Below, one piece after another: positions 1 through 8,923 of a stretch of DNA of 64,000 nt; the stretch's first letter is position 1; every line of letters starts with the position of its first letter. Under the pieces are notes generated by a model. The model searched no databases. It was not told the origin of the DNA and worked only from the letters and a program-made list of their open reading frames with translations. Position numbers and translations under genes: made by a program. The stretch covers positions 5,056 to 69,055 of IMG/VR virus record IMGVR_UViG_3300037499_000135; one strand, 5' to 3'. Source of the stretch: a virus. Lineage: Duplodnaviria; Caudoviricetes.

Positions 1-2410
1 AGTACGGGTGCGCGTCCTCGTGCGGCGGCTGCACACACACACCCTCCTGCCCGATGTGGCAAGACCCCCACTGCGCGGCATGCCCGTAGATCCGGCCGTC
101 ATCCGTGACCGTGATCGGCGTCGGCAGAGACAGCTTCGGATCCGAGAACCACTCCGGCGCCGGACGCCACACCTCACCCGCGGCAACCAGCGCCGCACGC
201 GTCTTGGCCGGGACCGGCTCGACCACCGCGAGCGTACGGACGACGTCCTCACCGACCGGCTGCCCGCCGGCCACCACCGCGCCCTGCTCGTCGAGGAGCG
301 CGATGTACGCCTCGGCGAACGCCGGGATGTCCACCAGTGTCGCTGCCCTGATCCGGCCGCCGTGGAAAATCATCTTCTCCGGCTGCGCGAAGAGCATCTC
401 GAAGAGGTCGCCCTCGTCGCCCTCTTCAGTCCCGGCGTTGACGTCATCAGGCCACACGAACTCGACGTCCGCGTCGGCGATGGAGTCGGCGTCGATGGAT
501 ACGCCGCGGAGGAACTTGCCTTCGATCTTGGCGTGGGCGCGGCGGCCGTTGTCGTCGGACAGGTCGAGGACACCCGAGCCCATGATCTTGCCTTCGTCAC
601 GCCAGACCTTGTCGATGCGGCCGACGTTGACGGCGACGGTATGCGGCTCCCCGCCGTGGGAGTCCTCAATGTTCCACCTGAGTGGTACCGGCAGCTCGGC
701 CCAGTTGAGGGCGCCGGGCGCGAACTCGCGGCCGTCGCCGGTGACGATGCCCTCAACGGCGAGGACGCCTTCCCAGGGGGCGGTCTTGCCTGTGTAGTCC
801 ATGCCCTTGTCGTCGGGCTTGTCCATGTCGTCGTCGTCTTCGGCGTACAGGGCGGCCTGCTGTTCCAGGGCGGCGGCTTCGGTGGCGTGGCAGCCCATGA
901 GTTCGTCGGTCATCTCTTTGACCACGGCCCACGGCGTATCCGCGCCGCAGTCCGGGTGATCCTGCTCGACGCGGTACGGCATCGTGCCCTCCTGGTCGGT
1001 GGTCTGGTGCGGCATTGTGTCCGCGGAAGCCGCCAAGATCATTCCGGCGGCGGCTTGCTCGTCGGGCTGCGGCCAGACGGTGACGAGCGTGCCGCGGCAC
1101 CGCGAGCCGCCGAGGCAGCCCGTGTAGCCGCCGGACGGGTACGCGGTCCGGGCGTCGGGCAGCGTGGTGTAGCGGGTGCCGTCGATGTCCCGACAGGGTT
1201 TACATGACGACCGGTCCAAGATTTCTGTGGCCGTGTACTCGGCTGGCGGCGCGACCGCGAGCACCGCGAGACGGCCCTCGTTCTGCGCGGCACTCATCGC
1301 CGCACCCACCTGCTCCTCAACCGCCGCACCCGACAGCCCTGCGAGGTGCTCGTCGACCTGAACGGCTACCTGCGGCGGCGTACCGGAGCCCCACACGCGC
1401 ATCGCCTGCCGCACCGCGGACTGCACCAGCCCAACACCCAGGTAACGGGCCGTCGTACGGCCGACCTGGCGGAGCCGGTCCCGGATCGCCGCCGCGGTGA
1501 GCGCCTCGTCGTCGAGCGACCATTCGGGGACGGTGACGCCTTGTGCTTCGGCTTCGGCCTGCTGGGCTTCGCCTGCCTCCCGCGCGTAGGCGATCATGCG
1601 GGCGATCAGGAGACGTGAGCCGTCGTCGGTGTCGACGGTGAGTCCGTCGAGGCGGTCGAGGTCGTCGGCTTCGGCTGCGGCTTGGATGCTCGCGGTGACC
1701 TCGGCGCGCATCGCCTCCTGGACGGTGGCCCACGCTTCGACGGTGGTGTCGACGGCTTCGTGCCACGCCTTGTCCATCTGCGCGAAGTCGACGCGGGAGG
1801 CGAGCTCCAGCTCGGTGGGCTGACGGCGCAACGGACCGGCCGCCGCGGTGACGGACTGGCCGAGCGGGATGTCGGTGTGGTCCCCGGCGAACGCCACCCG
1901 GATCCGGTCGAAGGCGACCGGGCCGAGGCGTTCCTCCAACGCGATGATGAGATCCAACTCATCCGAGTACGCGGCACAGATATGCGGTACAAACGGCGAG
2001 TGCTGTATGGGGAGGTCCGGGTGGTTGGGGGTTTCTTCCAGCGCGTACGTCACGTCGTGGCGCACCTCTCCCAGACCGGGGCCGTCCGCGTCGCGGTCGT
2101 CGCCGACGGCCCACACCCACGACGGTGAATCGGTGTTCGCGTTCCAGTGGTTCGCGCCGAACACCCGCGCCGTGATCGGCCCCACAAACTGGGAGGCGGC
2201 GATCGCGCGGACGTTGCCGATCAGCTCGTTGCGCTGTTCCTCGGTCCACGCGGCGCCGTCGTCTCCGAGGAAGTACAGCGTCAGATGCAGATCCTCAGCG
2301 GACTCACCGCCCTCGATCGCCAGCCGCGCAGCGTCCTCCACCGTCGGCATCAGCGCAATCATCGCGCCCGACATGTGCGAACCATCAGCCGCGGCTGTGA
2401 GCGAACCCAT
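1..2410 (-). CDS. Partial (>=803 aa, runs off left edge) head fusion protein: N-terminal 2H phosphoesterase-like domain + MuF-like minor head domain + capsid maturation protease-like region
   Basis: Hand translation from ATG at 2410 (GGAG upstream) is open to position 1. Motifs: DLHLTLYFLG and VPHICAAY (2H pair about 101 aa apart); SCKPCRDIDG...GCLGGSRCRG (MuF-type Cys motif); WEGVLAVEGIVTGDGREF...GRID and WFSDPKL...TDDGRIYGHAAQWGSCHIG (actinophage protease-like). Directly follows portal. Absent from the ORF track because it has no stop in the window. Confidence 0.8.
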   Translation of the reverse strand, partial: MGSLTAAADGSHMSGAMIALMPTVEDAARLAIEGGESAEDLHLTLYFLGDDGAAWTEEQRNELIGNVRAIAASQFVGPITARVFGANHWNANTDSPSWVWAVGDDRDADGPGLGEVRHDVTYALEETPNHPDLPIQHSPFVPHICAAYSDELDLIIALEERLGPVAFDRIRVAFAGDHTDIPLGQSVTAAAGPLRRQPTELELASRVDFAQMDKAWHEAVDTTVEAWATVQEAMRAEVTASIQAAAEADDLDRLDGLTVDTDDGSRLLIARMIAYAREAGEAQQAEAEAQGVTVPEWSLDDEALTAAAIRDRLRQVGRTTARYLGVGLVQSAVRQAMRVWGSGTPPQVAVQVDEHLAGLSGAAVEEQVGAAMSAAQNEGRLAVLAVAPPAEYTATEILDRSSCKPCRDIDGTRYTTLPDARTAYPSGGYTGCLGGSRCRGTLVTVWPQPDEQAAAGMILAASADTMPHQTTDQEGTMPYRVEQDHPDCGADTPWAVVKEMTDELMGCHATEAAALEQQAALYAEDDDDMDKPDDKGMDYTGKTAPWEGVLAVEGIVTGDGREFAPGALNWAELPVPLRWNIEDSHGGEPHTVAVNVGRIDKVWRDEGKIMGSGVLDLSDDNGRRAHAKIEGKFLRGVSIDADSIADADVEFVWPDDVNAGTEEGDEGDLFEMLFAQPEKMIFHGGRIRAATLVDIPAFAEAYIALLDEQGAVVAGGQPVGEDVVRTLAVVEPVPAKTRAALVAAGEVWRPAPEWFSDPKLSLPTPITVTDDGRIYGHAAQWGSCHIGQEGVCVQPPHEDAHPY

Positions 2411-4175
2411 TGCTACTCCGAGAAGAGACGGTGGTCAGAAACCCGGTCGTATCCAGATGCGGGGAAAGACGGCCGATCGTGAACCAGCCGAAGCTGTCGA
2501 GCCGCGCCTCATACGTGCCGGACGTACCCGGCCGCGGCAGCGAGTGCAGCTTCAACGCGGCATGCGTGAACGGACAGGAGTACGCGTGCTGCGAACACAA
2601 ACCGGGATGCAGCAACTCCGGCGGCCGGCCGGTTGTGAACCGGACGGCGTGCAGAAGTTGTGCTTGGCGGGTCATGCGTTCGGCGCGTTCGGTGGCGGCG
2701 GCTTCGCGTGCGGTGTCCGGGTCGGGCGGGGTGCGGTCTTGCGGGGGTGGTTCGGGTTCGGTGGCGGCTGGTGGTTCCTCGCCGGGGGCGATGGGTGCGG
2801 TGGCTGCGATGGTGACTTGTTCGCCGGTGAGTTCGGACAGGGCGGATCCGGCGCCGGAGGGGAGGGTGTGGATGATGACCTTGAGGGCTTGTTCCTTCAG
2901 CTCGTCGTCGCTGGGCTTGTCGGCTTCGTTGAAGCCGGTTTCGCGGCGGAGTGCGGCGCCGTTGATTTCGAGGCGGTCGTAGAGGGCGATGGCGTCGTCG
3001 GAGCGGTCGGGGCGGAGGGTGAGTTCGGACATGTCGTACCAGACGACCCAGCTGGCCCAGTCCTCCACGCCGGATGCTTTGAGGCGGGGCTGGAGGTAGC
3101 CGGTGGTGAGGGCTTGGGCGATGAGTTCGGCGTCGGGGGCGACGTTGACTTTGAGGCTGCTCTCGTCTGCGGCCCAGGCGTTCCAGTGGTTGAGGTCGCC
3201 CATGCCCAGGAGGACTTCGGGTGGGACGTTGAGCTGGGAGGCGAGGCGTTTGATGGCCGAGTCCCGCTTCTCAATGATCTTGTCGTCGATCTTCAACGTG
3301 AAGTCGATGTGACGGATCTTCTCGACGTACTCACCCGGCACCCGGATCGGCATCGGCAGCACACCCGACGCCGTCCCCGGCTCGCTGATCGCCTTACGCC
3401 CGTTCTCGATCCACTCCTCCATGAACGGGTCCGGGGCGTCGGCGAACTCCTCACGCACAGGGAAGGTGACCTCGTCAGGGAAGACGACGACGCCAGCGGA
3501 CGCGAGGCGGGAGAGGTACTGGGCGATGATGTGCCGGTTGACCAGCTCCAGCTCGCGCATGGTGGTGCGGGCGGCGCGGGCTGGGCTGTCGGCAACATGG
3601 TGGTAGCGCTTGTTCGGCCGCCACACCCGGATCGGGGCCATGGAGTCAGGGGCGAGGGGACGCCAGTTGTAGCCGTCGCGGGGGTTGTTCTCGTCGATGA
3701 CTTCGTAGTGGCCGCGTGCGGCGCGGACTTCGTCGATGGACCGGACAGCCCACTTCTCGATGCCGTCGACGTTTTCGACGATGACGTAGCCCTCGCCGGG
3801 GACTGCGAGTTGGGTGCCGAGGCCGTTCATGATTTGGGCTTGTCCGGCGACGCCTCCGGCGAAGGTGGTCATCAACTCGACGGCGGTTCCGGCTTCCTGG
3901 CGTACGGGTTCGTCGGCGCCGGGTTCCAGCTTCGCGGCGTAGAAGCGGATGCGGGAGAGCATGTTGGCTTCCCAGTCGGCGGCGTACCGGAATTCGCCGA
4001 GGTCTGAGTAGTACTGCCAGGCTTCTTCTTGCCAGGTGTCGGGGGTGCGGATGAGTTCGGTGCGGGGGCTCGTGACGGGGGCTGCGGCGGCGGTGAGGGC
4101 GTTGGGTTGTGCGGCGGCTGGTGGTGTGGGGGTGGGCAGGCTGCCGCGTCGGGTGAAGGCGCTCCACCAGGCCAT
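2385..4175 (-). CDS. Phage portal protein (596 aa) with Pro-rich linker and C-terminal extension
   Basis: Size, position after terL, and actinophage portal-like segments (WQEEAW.YY...GEFRYA, LAVPGEGY, IRVWRP, PPEVLLGMGDLNHWNAW). Confidence 0.88.
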   Translation of the reverse strand: MAWWSAFTRRGSLPTPTPPAAAQPNALTAAAAPVTSPRTELIRTPDTWQEEAWQYYSDLGEFRYAADWEANMLSRIRFYAAKLEPGADEPVRQEAGTAVELMTTFAGGVAGQAQIMNGLGTQLAVPGEGYVIVENVDGIEKWAVRSIDEVRAARGHYEVIDENNPRDGYNWRPLAPDSMAPIRVWRPNKRYHHVADSPARAARTTMRELELVNRHIIAQYLSRLASAGVVVFPDEVTFPVREEFADAPDPFMEEWIENGRKAISEPGTASGVLPMPIRVPGEYVEKIRHIDFTLKIDDKIIEKRDSAIKRLASQLNVPPEVLLGMGDLNHWNAWAADESSLKVNVAPDAELIAQALTTGYLQPRLKASGVEDWASWVVWYDMSELTLRPDRSDDAIALYDRLEINGAALRRETGFNEADKPSDDELKEQALKVIIHTLPSGAGSALSELTGEQVTIAATAPIAPGEEPPAATEPEPPPQDRTPPDPDTAREAAATERAERMTRQAQLLHAVRFTTGRPPELLHPGLCSQHAYSCPFTHAALKLHSLPRPGTSGTYEARLDSFGWFTIGRLSPHLDTTGFLTTVSSRSSNGFAHSRG

Positions 4176-4345
4176 CGTGTCTCCCGCTGCTCCCGTGGGG
4201 TGGGTGTGCGGGTGACGGTAGGCATTGGCCGGGGAAGATCATTCCGGGAACGGGGAAGGGCCGTCCGCGACGCCCATCGCGAACGGCCCCCTGCCACCCC
4301 GGAACCCGAAGGCTCCGCTCTCACCACCACCGATGCTACGGGCCG

Positions 4346-4753
4346 CTACGCCCACTCCTGTCCGGCCAGCAGAGCACCCGCCGCCCACGTCGCCAACCAC
4401 ACCAGGAGCGGCACGGGCAACCCCACCACCGCCCACGTCCCGGCCGTCACCGCGAGGGCCACCCATCCGCTCGCGCACCAAGGACACGACAGCAACTCGG
4501 CCAACCAGAACGGCGACCACCTGCGTCGCGTGTTCCAACGCTGCTGAACGCCATCGACCTCGGTGAGCGGGAACGGCTGGTTGCCGCCGGGCTGCGCCGC
4601 GACAATCTCCTGCTCCTTGGCGGTCAATGGCCGCCACCCACCGACCAGCCGATCACGCAGCCACAACACCGGCGGGAACGTGTCGGCCACGATGAGCCGC
4701 GTAGCTCTGTAAGTCGCCAGCGACATCACCACGAGCAAGAGCCATGTAGGCAC
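4346..4753 (-). CDS. DUF1360-like membrane protein
   Basis: Hydrophobic termini, LATYRATRLIVADT and WLAELLSCPWCASGW motifs; GTG start overlaps upstream TAG. Confidence 0.7.
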   Translation of the reverse strand: MPTWLLLVVMSLATYRATRLIVADTFPPVLWLRDRLVGGWRPLTAKEQEIVAAQPGGNQPFPLTEVDGVQQRWNTRRRWSPFWLAELLSCPWCASGWVALAVTAGTWAVVGLPVPLLVWLATWAAGALLAGQEWA

Positions 4754-5304
4754 TACGAGATCACCTGACCGACCGTCTCTTCATGAGGGCAGACCCCTCC
4801 GTTGATATGCCTCCCGAAGTTGCAATTCGCGCACAAGACGCGAAACCCCTCCGGATAGCCGTTCTTCCGAAGCCACGGTGCCAGCTTCTGCCCATTGATC
4901 ATTCTGCGATGCTCGGCCCCATCGTCGTTCACGTGATCGATCTGAAGGAAGGTACGTTCAGTCTCACCACAGCACGCACAGAATCCGCCGTAGGCATCGA
5001 TCGCCGCGTCCTGCATCCGCCTGTTCCACGCGTTTGCCTGGGCGCGACGGTTCTCGCGGTTCAGCTCGCGTAGCTCAATCTCGCGCGGCTTGTACGCTGC
5101 GCGGTACTCCTTCAGGTGTTCCCGGTTTCGGTTCTTCCACCGACGGGCGATCGCCGCTCGCTTCTCCGGGTTTGCTTGGTCGTACGCCTTCCGGCATGCC
5201 TTGCAGTTGGAAGTCTTGCCGTCCGGCTGGTCCTTGCTGTTGTAGAACTCCGAGAACGGCTTGACTATGCGGCATTTCGTACACACCTTGGTACGCTCCG
5301 ACAC
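4753..5304 (-). CDS. HNH/EndoVII-like endonuclease
   Basis: N-terminal CTKC...CKAC zinc finger; C-terminal CACCG...IDHVNDDG...LCANCN His-Me finger. Confidence 0.8.
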   Translation of the reverse strand: MSERTKVCTKCRIVKPFSEFYNSKDQPDGKTSNCKACRKAYDQANPEKRAAIARRWKNRNREHLKEYRAAYKPREIELRELNRENRRAQANAWNRRMQDAAIDAYGGFCACCGETERTFLQIDHVNDDGAEHRRMINGQKLAPWLRKNGYPEGFRVLCANCNFGRHINGGVCPHEETVGQVIS

Positions 5305-5330
5305 AGGGTCCTCCAGTCAGGATCCGATCA

Positions 5331-5362
5331 GCAGCGCCTGGGGTAGCCGCCCCGGGCGCTGC
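5331..5362 (-). terminator. 13-bp stem hairpin between terL and HNH gene
   Basis: GCAGCGCCTGGGG(5331-5343) and CCCCGGGCGCTGC(5350-5362), one mismatch. Confidence 0.5.
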
Positions 5363-5426
5363 GCTCATTTTACCGTGCCTGACCTGGGCATTCCCTGTAA
5401 TTGGCGTACAAATACGGTGAGTTGAT

Positions 5427-6830
5427 TCACCGCCGTAGACGCCCGCCAACAATCTGCTTTCTGGCCAGATCACCACCCAACGAACCCTGGCCAGCGGCCG
5501 TCGTCCGCACCATCTTCAGATGCCATGCGGTCCAAACGGCGCTGTCGACACGGTCCGGCGACCAGCCGATCTCCGGATACCACGTCGACATCTGACCCTC
5601 CAACTCCGGGAACGTCCCCGCGTGATGCCAGCGCCCCTGCGCCGTCAACGCACTCACCGGCTGCGCCCGCACCGCCTTGCCGCGCGTCGCCGTGACCGTA
5701 CGGATCGGAATGTTCACGCCCAACGCCTCAGCCGCAGTGCGCAGCACGGCCACAGCTTGGGCCCCGCCGTAGTTTGTCTCCACCACCAAATCGTCTGCAC
5801 TCCAGTCGATCGCGGCCTGCACCGCCCGCCGGCCCCATCCGTCCGGCGACAGATGGCAGGTGCGGTCGTCGAGGACGTACCCGTGATGCTCCGGCCGCGC
5901 CGGGCCGGGTGGCGGCCCGTCGTCTGGTACCGCGTGCAGCGTCGGCAGGATGAGCCCGGACTTCCCGGCCACGACGATGCCCTGCTCGCCTGCACCACCG
6001 GAGGGGTCTACGCCGACGGTGATGCGCGCAAGGTCCGGTACGTCGTCCGGGCGGACGCGGGCGGCGTCGATCATCTTCCGTGTCCATAGGGCGTTTTCGT
6101 CCTCGTCCATGATGAGGCCGAGGAGTTCCTGCTGGCCGAGCTGGGTGCCGCCGTAGGACTCTTCGAGCGCCTGGCGGATGTGCTCGGGGAGGTGCGGGTT
6201 GTCGTAGGTGGTGGCGGTGGTCAGGACGGTGTTGCTGACCTGCCCGGCCACCAGTTTCTTGATGAGCGGCTTGGGCTTCGGGGTGGTGGAGGCGATCCAG
6301 TGGGGGCGCGGTCCGGAGCGGAGGCCGAATCGCATCTGGTCCCATGCGGCGTCGAGGTGGCGCCACGCCGCCAACTCTTCGGCCCAAATCAGACAAGTAT
6401 TGCCACCTGCACGCAAACGTTCCACATCGCCCGGGGAGTCGGTGCCGAACAGCTTCGCCTGCGAGCCGTTCGTCCACCGCACCACCGAGCCGCCCGGTGC
6501 GGAGATCGGCCCTCTTGCTGAAGGGTCGTGCGCGAGGATCCCTGACGGCCCTTCCACGCAGGCCGTGGCCGCGTCGCCGAGGGTGGGGGCGATGATGCCG
6601 ATCCAGTGCGGCACTGGGCCGGGCAGGCAGGCGGGGCCTTTGACGTGTCGGGCAACGTACTCGGCGCAGGCGTCCGTCTTGCCGGCGCCACGTCCGGCGA
6701 TCATGGCCCAGCCGTAGAAGTTGCCGGGCGGTGGGATTTGGTGCGGGAGCGGCGTCCAGCGGGGTTTGAGTTGGGCGCCGAGGAGGGCGGCGGCGCGTGC
6801 CGCTACTGTTGCCCGGTCGTTGGTGCCCAT
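5427..6830 (-). CDS. terL: Terminase large subunit
   Basis: AGRGAGKT Walker A, IWAEE Walker B-like, ASTTP, GVDPSGG and DRVDS RNase H-like nuclease acidic residues; lies upstream of portal. Confidence 0.92.
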   Translation of the reverse strand: MGTNDRATVAARAAALLGAQLKPRWTPLPHQIPPPGNFYGWAMIAGRGAGKTDACAEYVARHVKGPACLPGPVPHWIGIIAPTLGDAATACVEGPSGILAHDPSARGPISAPGGSVVRWTNGSQAKLFGTDSPGDVERLRAGGNTCLIWAEELAAWRHLDAAWDQMRFGLRSGPRPHWIASTTPKPKPLIKKLVAGQVSNTVLTTATTYDNPHLPEHIRQALEESYGGTQLGQQELLGLIMDEDENALWTRKMIDAARVRPDDVPDLARITVGVDPSGGAGEQGIVVAGKSGLILPTLHAVPDDGPPPGPARPEHHGYVLDDRTCHLSPDGWGRRAVQAAIDWSADDLVVETNYGGAQAVAVLRTAAEALGVNIPIRTVTATRGKAVRAQPVSALTAQGRWHHAGTFPELEGQMSTWYPEIGWSPDRVDSAVWTAWHLKMVRTTAAGQGSLGGDLARKQIVGGRLRR

Positions 6831-6941
6831 GGGCGGATTGTCGGGCGTGCGAGGGCGGTCGGGTTCCGGAGCGGGGTTCTGTCGTTGCCTCGTATGCTGG
6901 CCGTGCGCCAGGGTTTGTACTTATGCCCTCATTGACCCGTG

Positions 6942-6973
6942 GGCGCCCCCGGGAAGAAGCGCAAAGGGGCGCC
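6942..6973. terminator. Hairpin downstream of glycosyltransferase cluster
   Basis: GGCGCCCC(6942-6949) and GGGGCGCC(6966-6973) inverted repeat right after the stop at 6976. Confidence 0.45.
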
Positions 6974-6975
6974 AC

Positions 6976-7551
6976 TCAGCGTTGGCGGGCGTCGCCTCGG
7001 TCGGGGCGGCCGCTGGAGTTCTGTGGTCCGTGGTGCCAGGTCCACGTACGGGCCGGGTGGTGCACGATCTTCGCCCCGGCGACGACGCATCCCTTCGTGA
7101 AGGCGAAGTCCTCACCGAGTCCGTGGAAGCCGATCTGCTGGGCCAGCTCGGTGCGTACGAGGATGGTGATCGTGGTGGAGTGCGGACGCCGGTCGTCCCA
7201 GGGTTTGCCGAAGAACATGGGGAACGGGTCGCGTCCGCCGACCACACGGAACCAGGGGTAGACGTAGTCGGCTTCGGTCTGCTCGGCGCAGGTGAGGAGC
7301 TGCGCGAGGTGGGTGGGGTCCATCTCGTCATCGGAGTCGAGGAACGCGGTCCATTCGGTGGTGACCATGTCGAGGCCGCGTTGGCGGGTGGCGGCGGCGC
7401 CTTCGCGGCGGATGTCTTCGACGGTGATCAGATGCGCGGGGATGGTCTGGCGTGCTACGGAGTCGACGGCCCGCGCGAGCATGCCGTTCTTCACGCGGGC
7501 TGGGTGGTAGGGGACGACGACCGTCACCTGTGGCTCGGTCACCGCAGCCAT
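6976..7551 (-). CDS. GT-A (GT2-like) glycosyltransferase
   Basis: VTVVVPY, GAAATRQRG, FLDSDD (DxD) motifs; start trimmed to ATG 7551. Confidence 0.85.
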   Translation of the reverse strand: MAAVTEPQVTVVVPYHPARVKNGMLARAVDSVARQTIPAHLITVEDIRREGAAATRQRGLDMVTTEWTAFLDSDDEMDPTHLAQLLTCAEQTEADYVYPWFRVVGGRDPFPMFFGKPWDDRRPHSTTITILVRTELAQQIGFHGLGEDFAFTKGCVVAGAKIVHHPARTWTWHHGPQNSSGRPDRGDARQR

Positions 7552-7718
7552 CCCCAGCTCTCCGGTTCCAGGAACGGATCGTCGTCCGCGTTGTCGAGCC
7601 ACGCGTCCAGACAAACCTGGCACAGCACCAAGCGGTTCCCGTTGGCGCTGTTCCAGGAGGCGACTGCCGACGGTCCGCAGCTCGGGAGTCCGCCAAAGCA
7701 GGGGCGCATCACCCTCAT
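7539..7718 (-). CDS. Small Cys-containing hypothetical protein (MRVMRPC...LCQVCLDAWLDNADDD)
   Basis: ATGA coupling with upstream stop at 7715. Confidence 0.55.
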   Translation of the reverse strand: MRVMRPCFGGLPSCGPSAVASWNSANGNRLVLCQVCLDAWLDNADDDPFLEPESWGWLR

Positions 7719-7924
7719 CGTGGCGTGTCCTTCGTCGGGTCGATCAGGTCGGCGGCCCAAGTGACGCCGTTGGTGTACGGGCCGCCGGGGGTGATCGCCG
7801 TGGGCGGCACCGTTGTCCGGATCTTCTCCGCCAGCTCGTGCGCGAACGCGTCGATGAGGGCGTTCTTCTCGGCCAGCCTGTAGTTGTCCCACAGCGCGCC
7901 CATGAGAGCATCACGCGCGCTCAC
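7715..7924 (-). CDS. Hypothetical protein
   Basis: Coupled start and stop with neighbours; protein-like composition. Confidence 0.6.
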   Translation of the reverse strand: MSARDALMGALWDNYRLAEKNALIDAFAHELAEKIRTTVPPTAITPGGPYTNGVTWAADLIDPTKDTPR

Positions 7925-8193
7925 CGCTCCGCCGTCCTTACCGTGCCGAACGGGTTGCCGCAGACGCAGGCCGACAGGTCCAGATCACACCCCGGTGACT
8001 GACACGGCCCGGCCGAGTCCTCCTCGCATCGGTCTTCGACAGCGACTGCGCACGCAGCGTCCGGCCCGACAAGACGGCCGCATTCTGGGGGCCACGGGTG
8101 GAGGTAGTGGTGGCGCACGGAACCATCTGTGGACACATCGATGCCAGGCAATCCTTGTGGCTCGACCTCGAACCACTGGGTATCTTCACTCAC
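7921..8193 (-). CDS. Hypothetical Cys-rich protein
   Basis: GTG start overlaps methyltransferase stop (GTGA). Confidence 0.5.
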   Translation of the reverse strand: MSEDTQWFEVEPQGLPGIDVSTDGSVRHHYLHPWPPECGRLVGPDAACAVAVEDRCEEDSAGPCQSPGCDLDLSACVCGNPFGTVRTAER

Positions 8194-8630
8194 CGTGGCG
8201 TCCCCTTCCACAGGATTTCGTTGTCGCCCTGAATGCGGAGCTCCAGAGTCTTCCACGGCCGGAGTCCGTAATCAGCGTGGGCGGCTTTCGTCCCGTCGAT
8301 GTAGTGGAAGCTCTCGACGCACCAGAAGGAGACGTGCGTGGGATCGGCGAACGCGTGCCAGGTTCCGGACAGGGCGTTGGGTACGCGGATCTCGAACACG
8401 CCGCCGGGGTGGAGGACGCGGTGGGCTTCGTTCATCACCGCGATCCGATCAGCCCCGGCGGGGATGTGTTCCATGACGTGGGAGGCGCGTATGGCCTCGA
8501 TGGTGTGGTCGCCGGTGGGCCATGGCGTGTCCTGTGCGAGGCGCTGCCACGCGCCAGTGCCGTGCTGCGGGTCGAGGTTGATCCAGCCGCGTTGGGCGAG
8601 TTTCCCGCCGCCGATCTCGATGCTGGGCAT
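8190..8630 (-). CDS. Class I SAM-dependent methyltransferase (Methyltransf_11-like, glycan-cluster type)
   Basis: IEIGGG motif I, WINLD, SHVMEHI, RVLHPGG, DPTH; ATG at 8630 overlaps upstream stop. Confidence 0.82.
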   Translation of the reverse strand: MPSIEIGGGKLAQRGWINLDPQHGTGAWQRLAQDTPWPTGDHTIEAIRASHVMEHIPAGADRIAVMNEAHRVLHPGGVFEIRVPNALSGTWHAFADPTHVSFWCVESFHYIDGTKAAHADYGLRPWKTLELRIQGDNEILWKGTPR

Positions 8631-8923
8631 CACATACGCTCCGGCCAGTGCCACGTGCCGCCGCGCCGCTCGCCCGGAGGGAGTGAGCAACTGCCGCCGG
8701 GCGCCTCGTACTGGAAGCACCCGCCATCGGCCAGCGAGTGGAAGAACAGGCCGGTCGGGTTCTGCACGCAGAGCCCGACTTGCAGCGGCTCCTCGTCGTT
8801 GACCTCTGTGACGGTGGCCGCGCGGCACTTGGCAACGTACGCCTGCGTGCCGTCCTCCCGGATCGGAGTGCCGAAAGATACGTAATGCACCACTCGACCA
8901 ACGCTCGGTGCTTGTTCGCTCAT
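8630..8923 (-). CDS. Actinophage-type hypothetical protein (PSVGRVVHYVS...CRAATVTEV...NPTG)
   Basis: 97 aa, translationally coupled on both sides. Confidence 0.7.
   Translation of the reverse strand: MSEQAPSVGRVVHYVSFGTPIREDGTQAYVAKCRAATVTEVNDEEPLQVGLCVQNPTGLFFHSLADGGCFQYEAPGGSCSLPPGERRGGTWHWPERM

Noticed and set aside
8-4007. Long plus-strand ORFs 8..1207 (399 aa) and 1848..4007 (719 aa)
   Set aside because: Antisense shadows of the head-fusion and portal genes; stop-poor high-GC DNA, no motifs.
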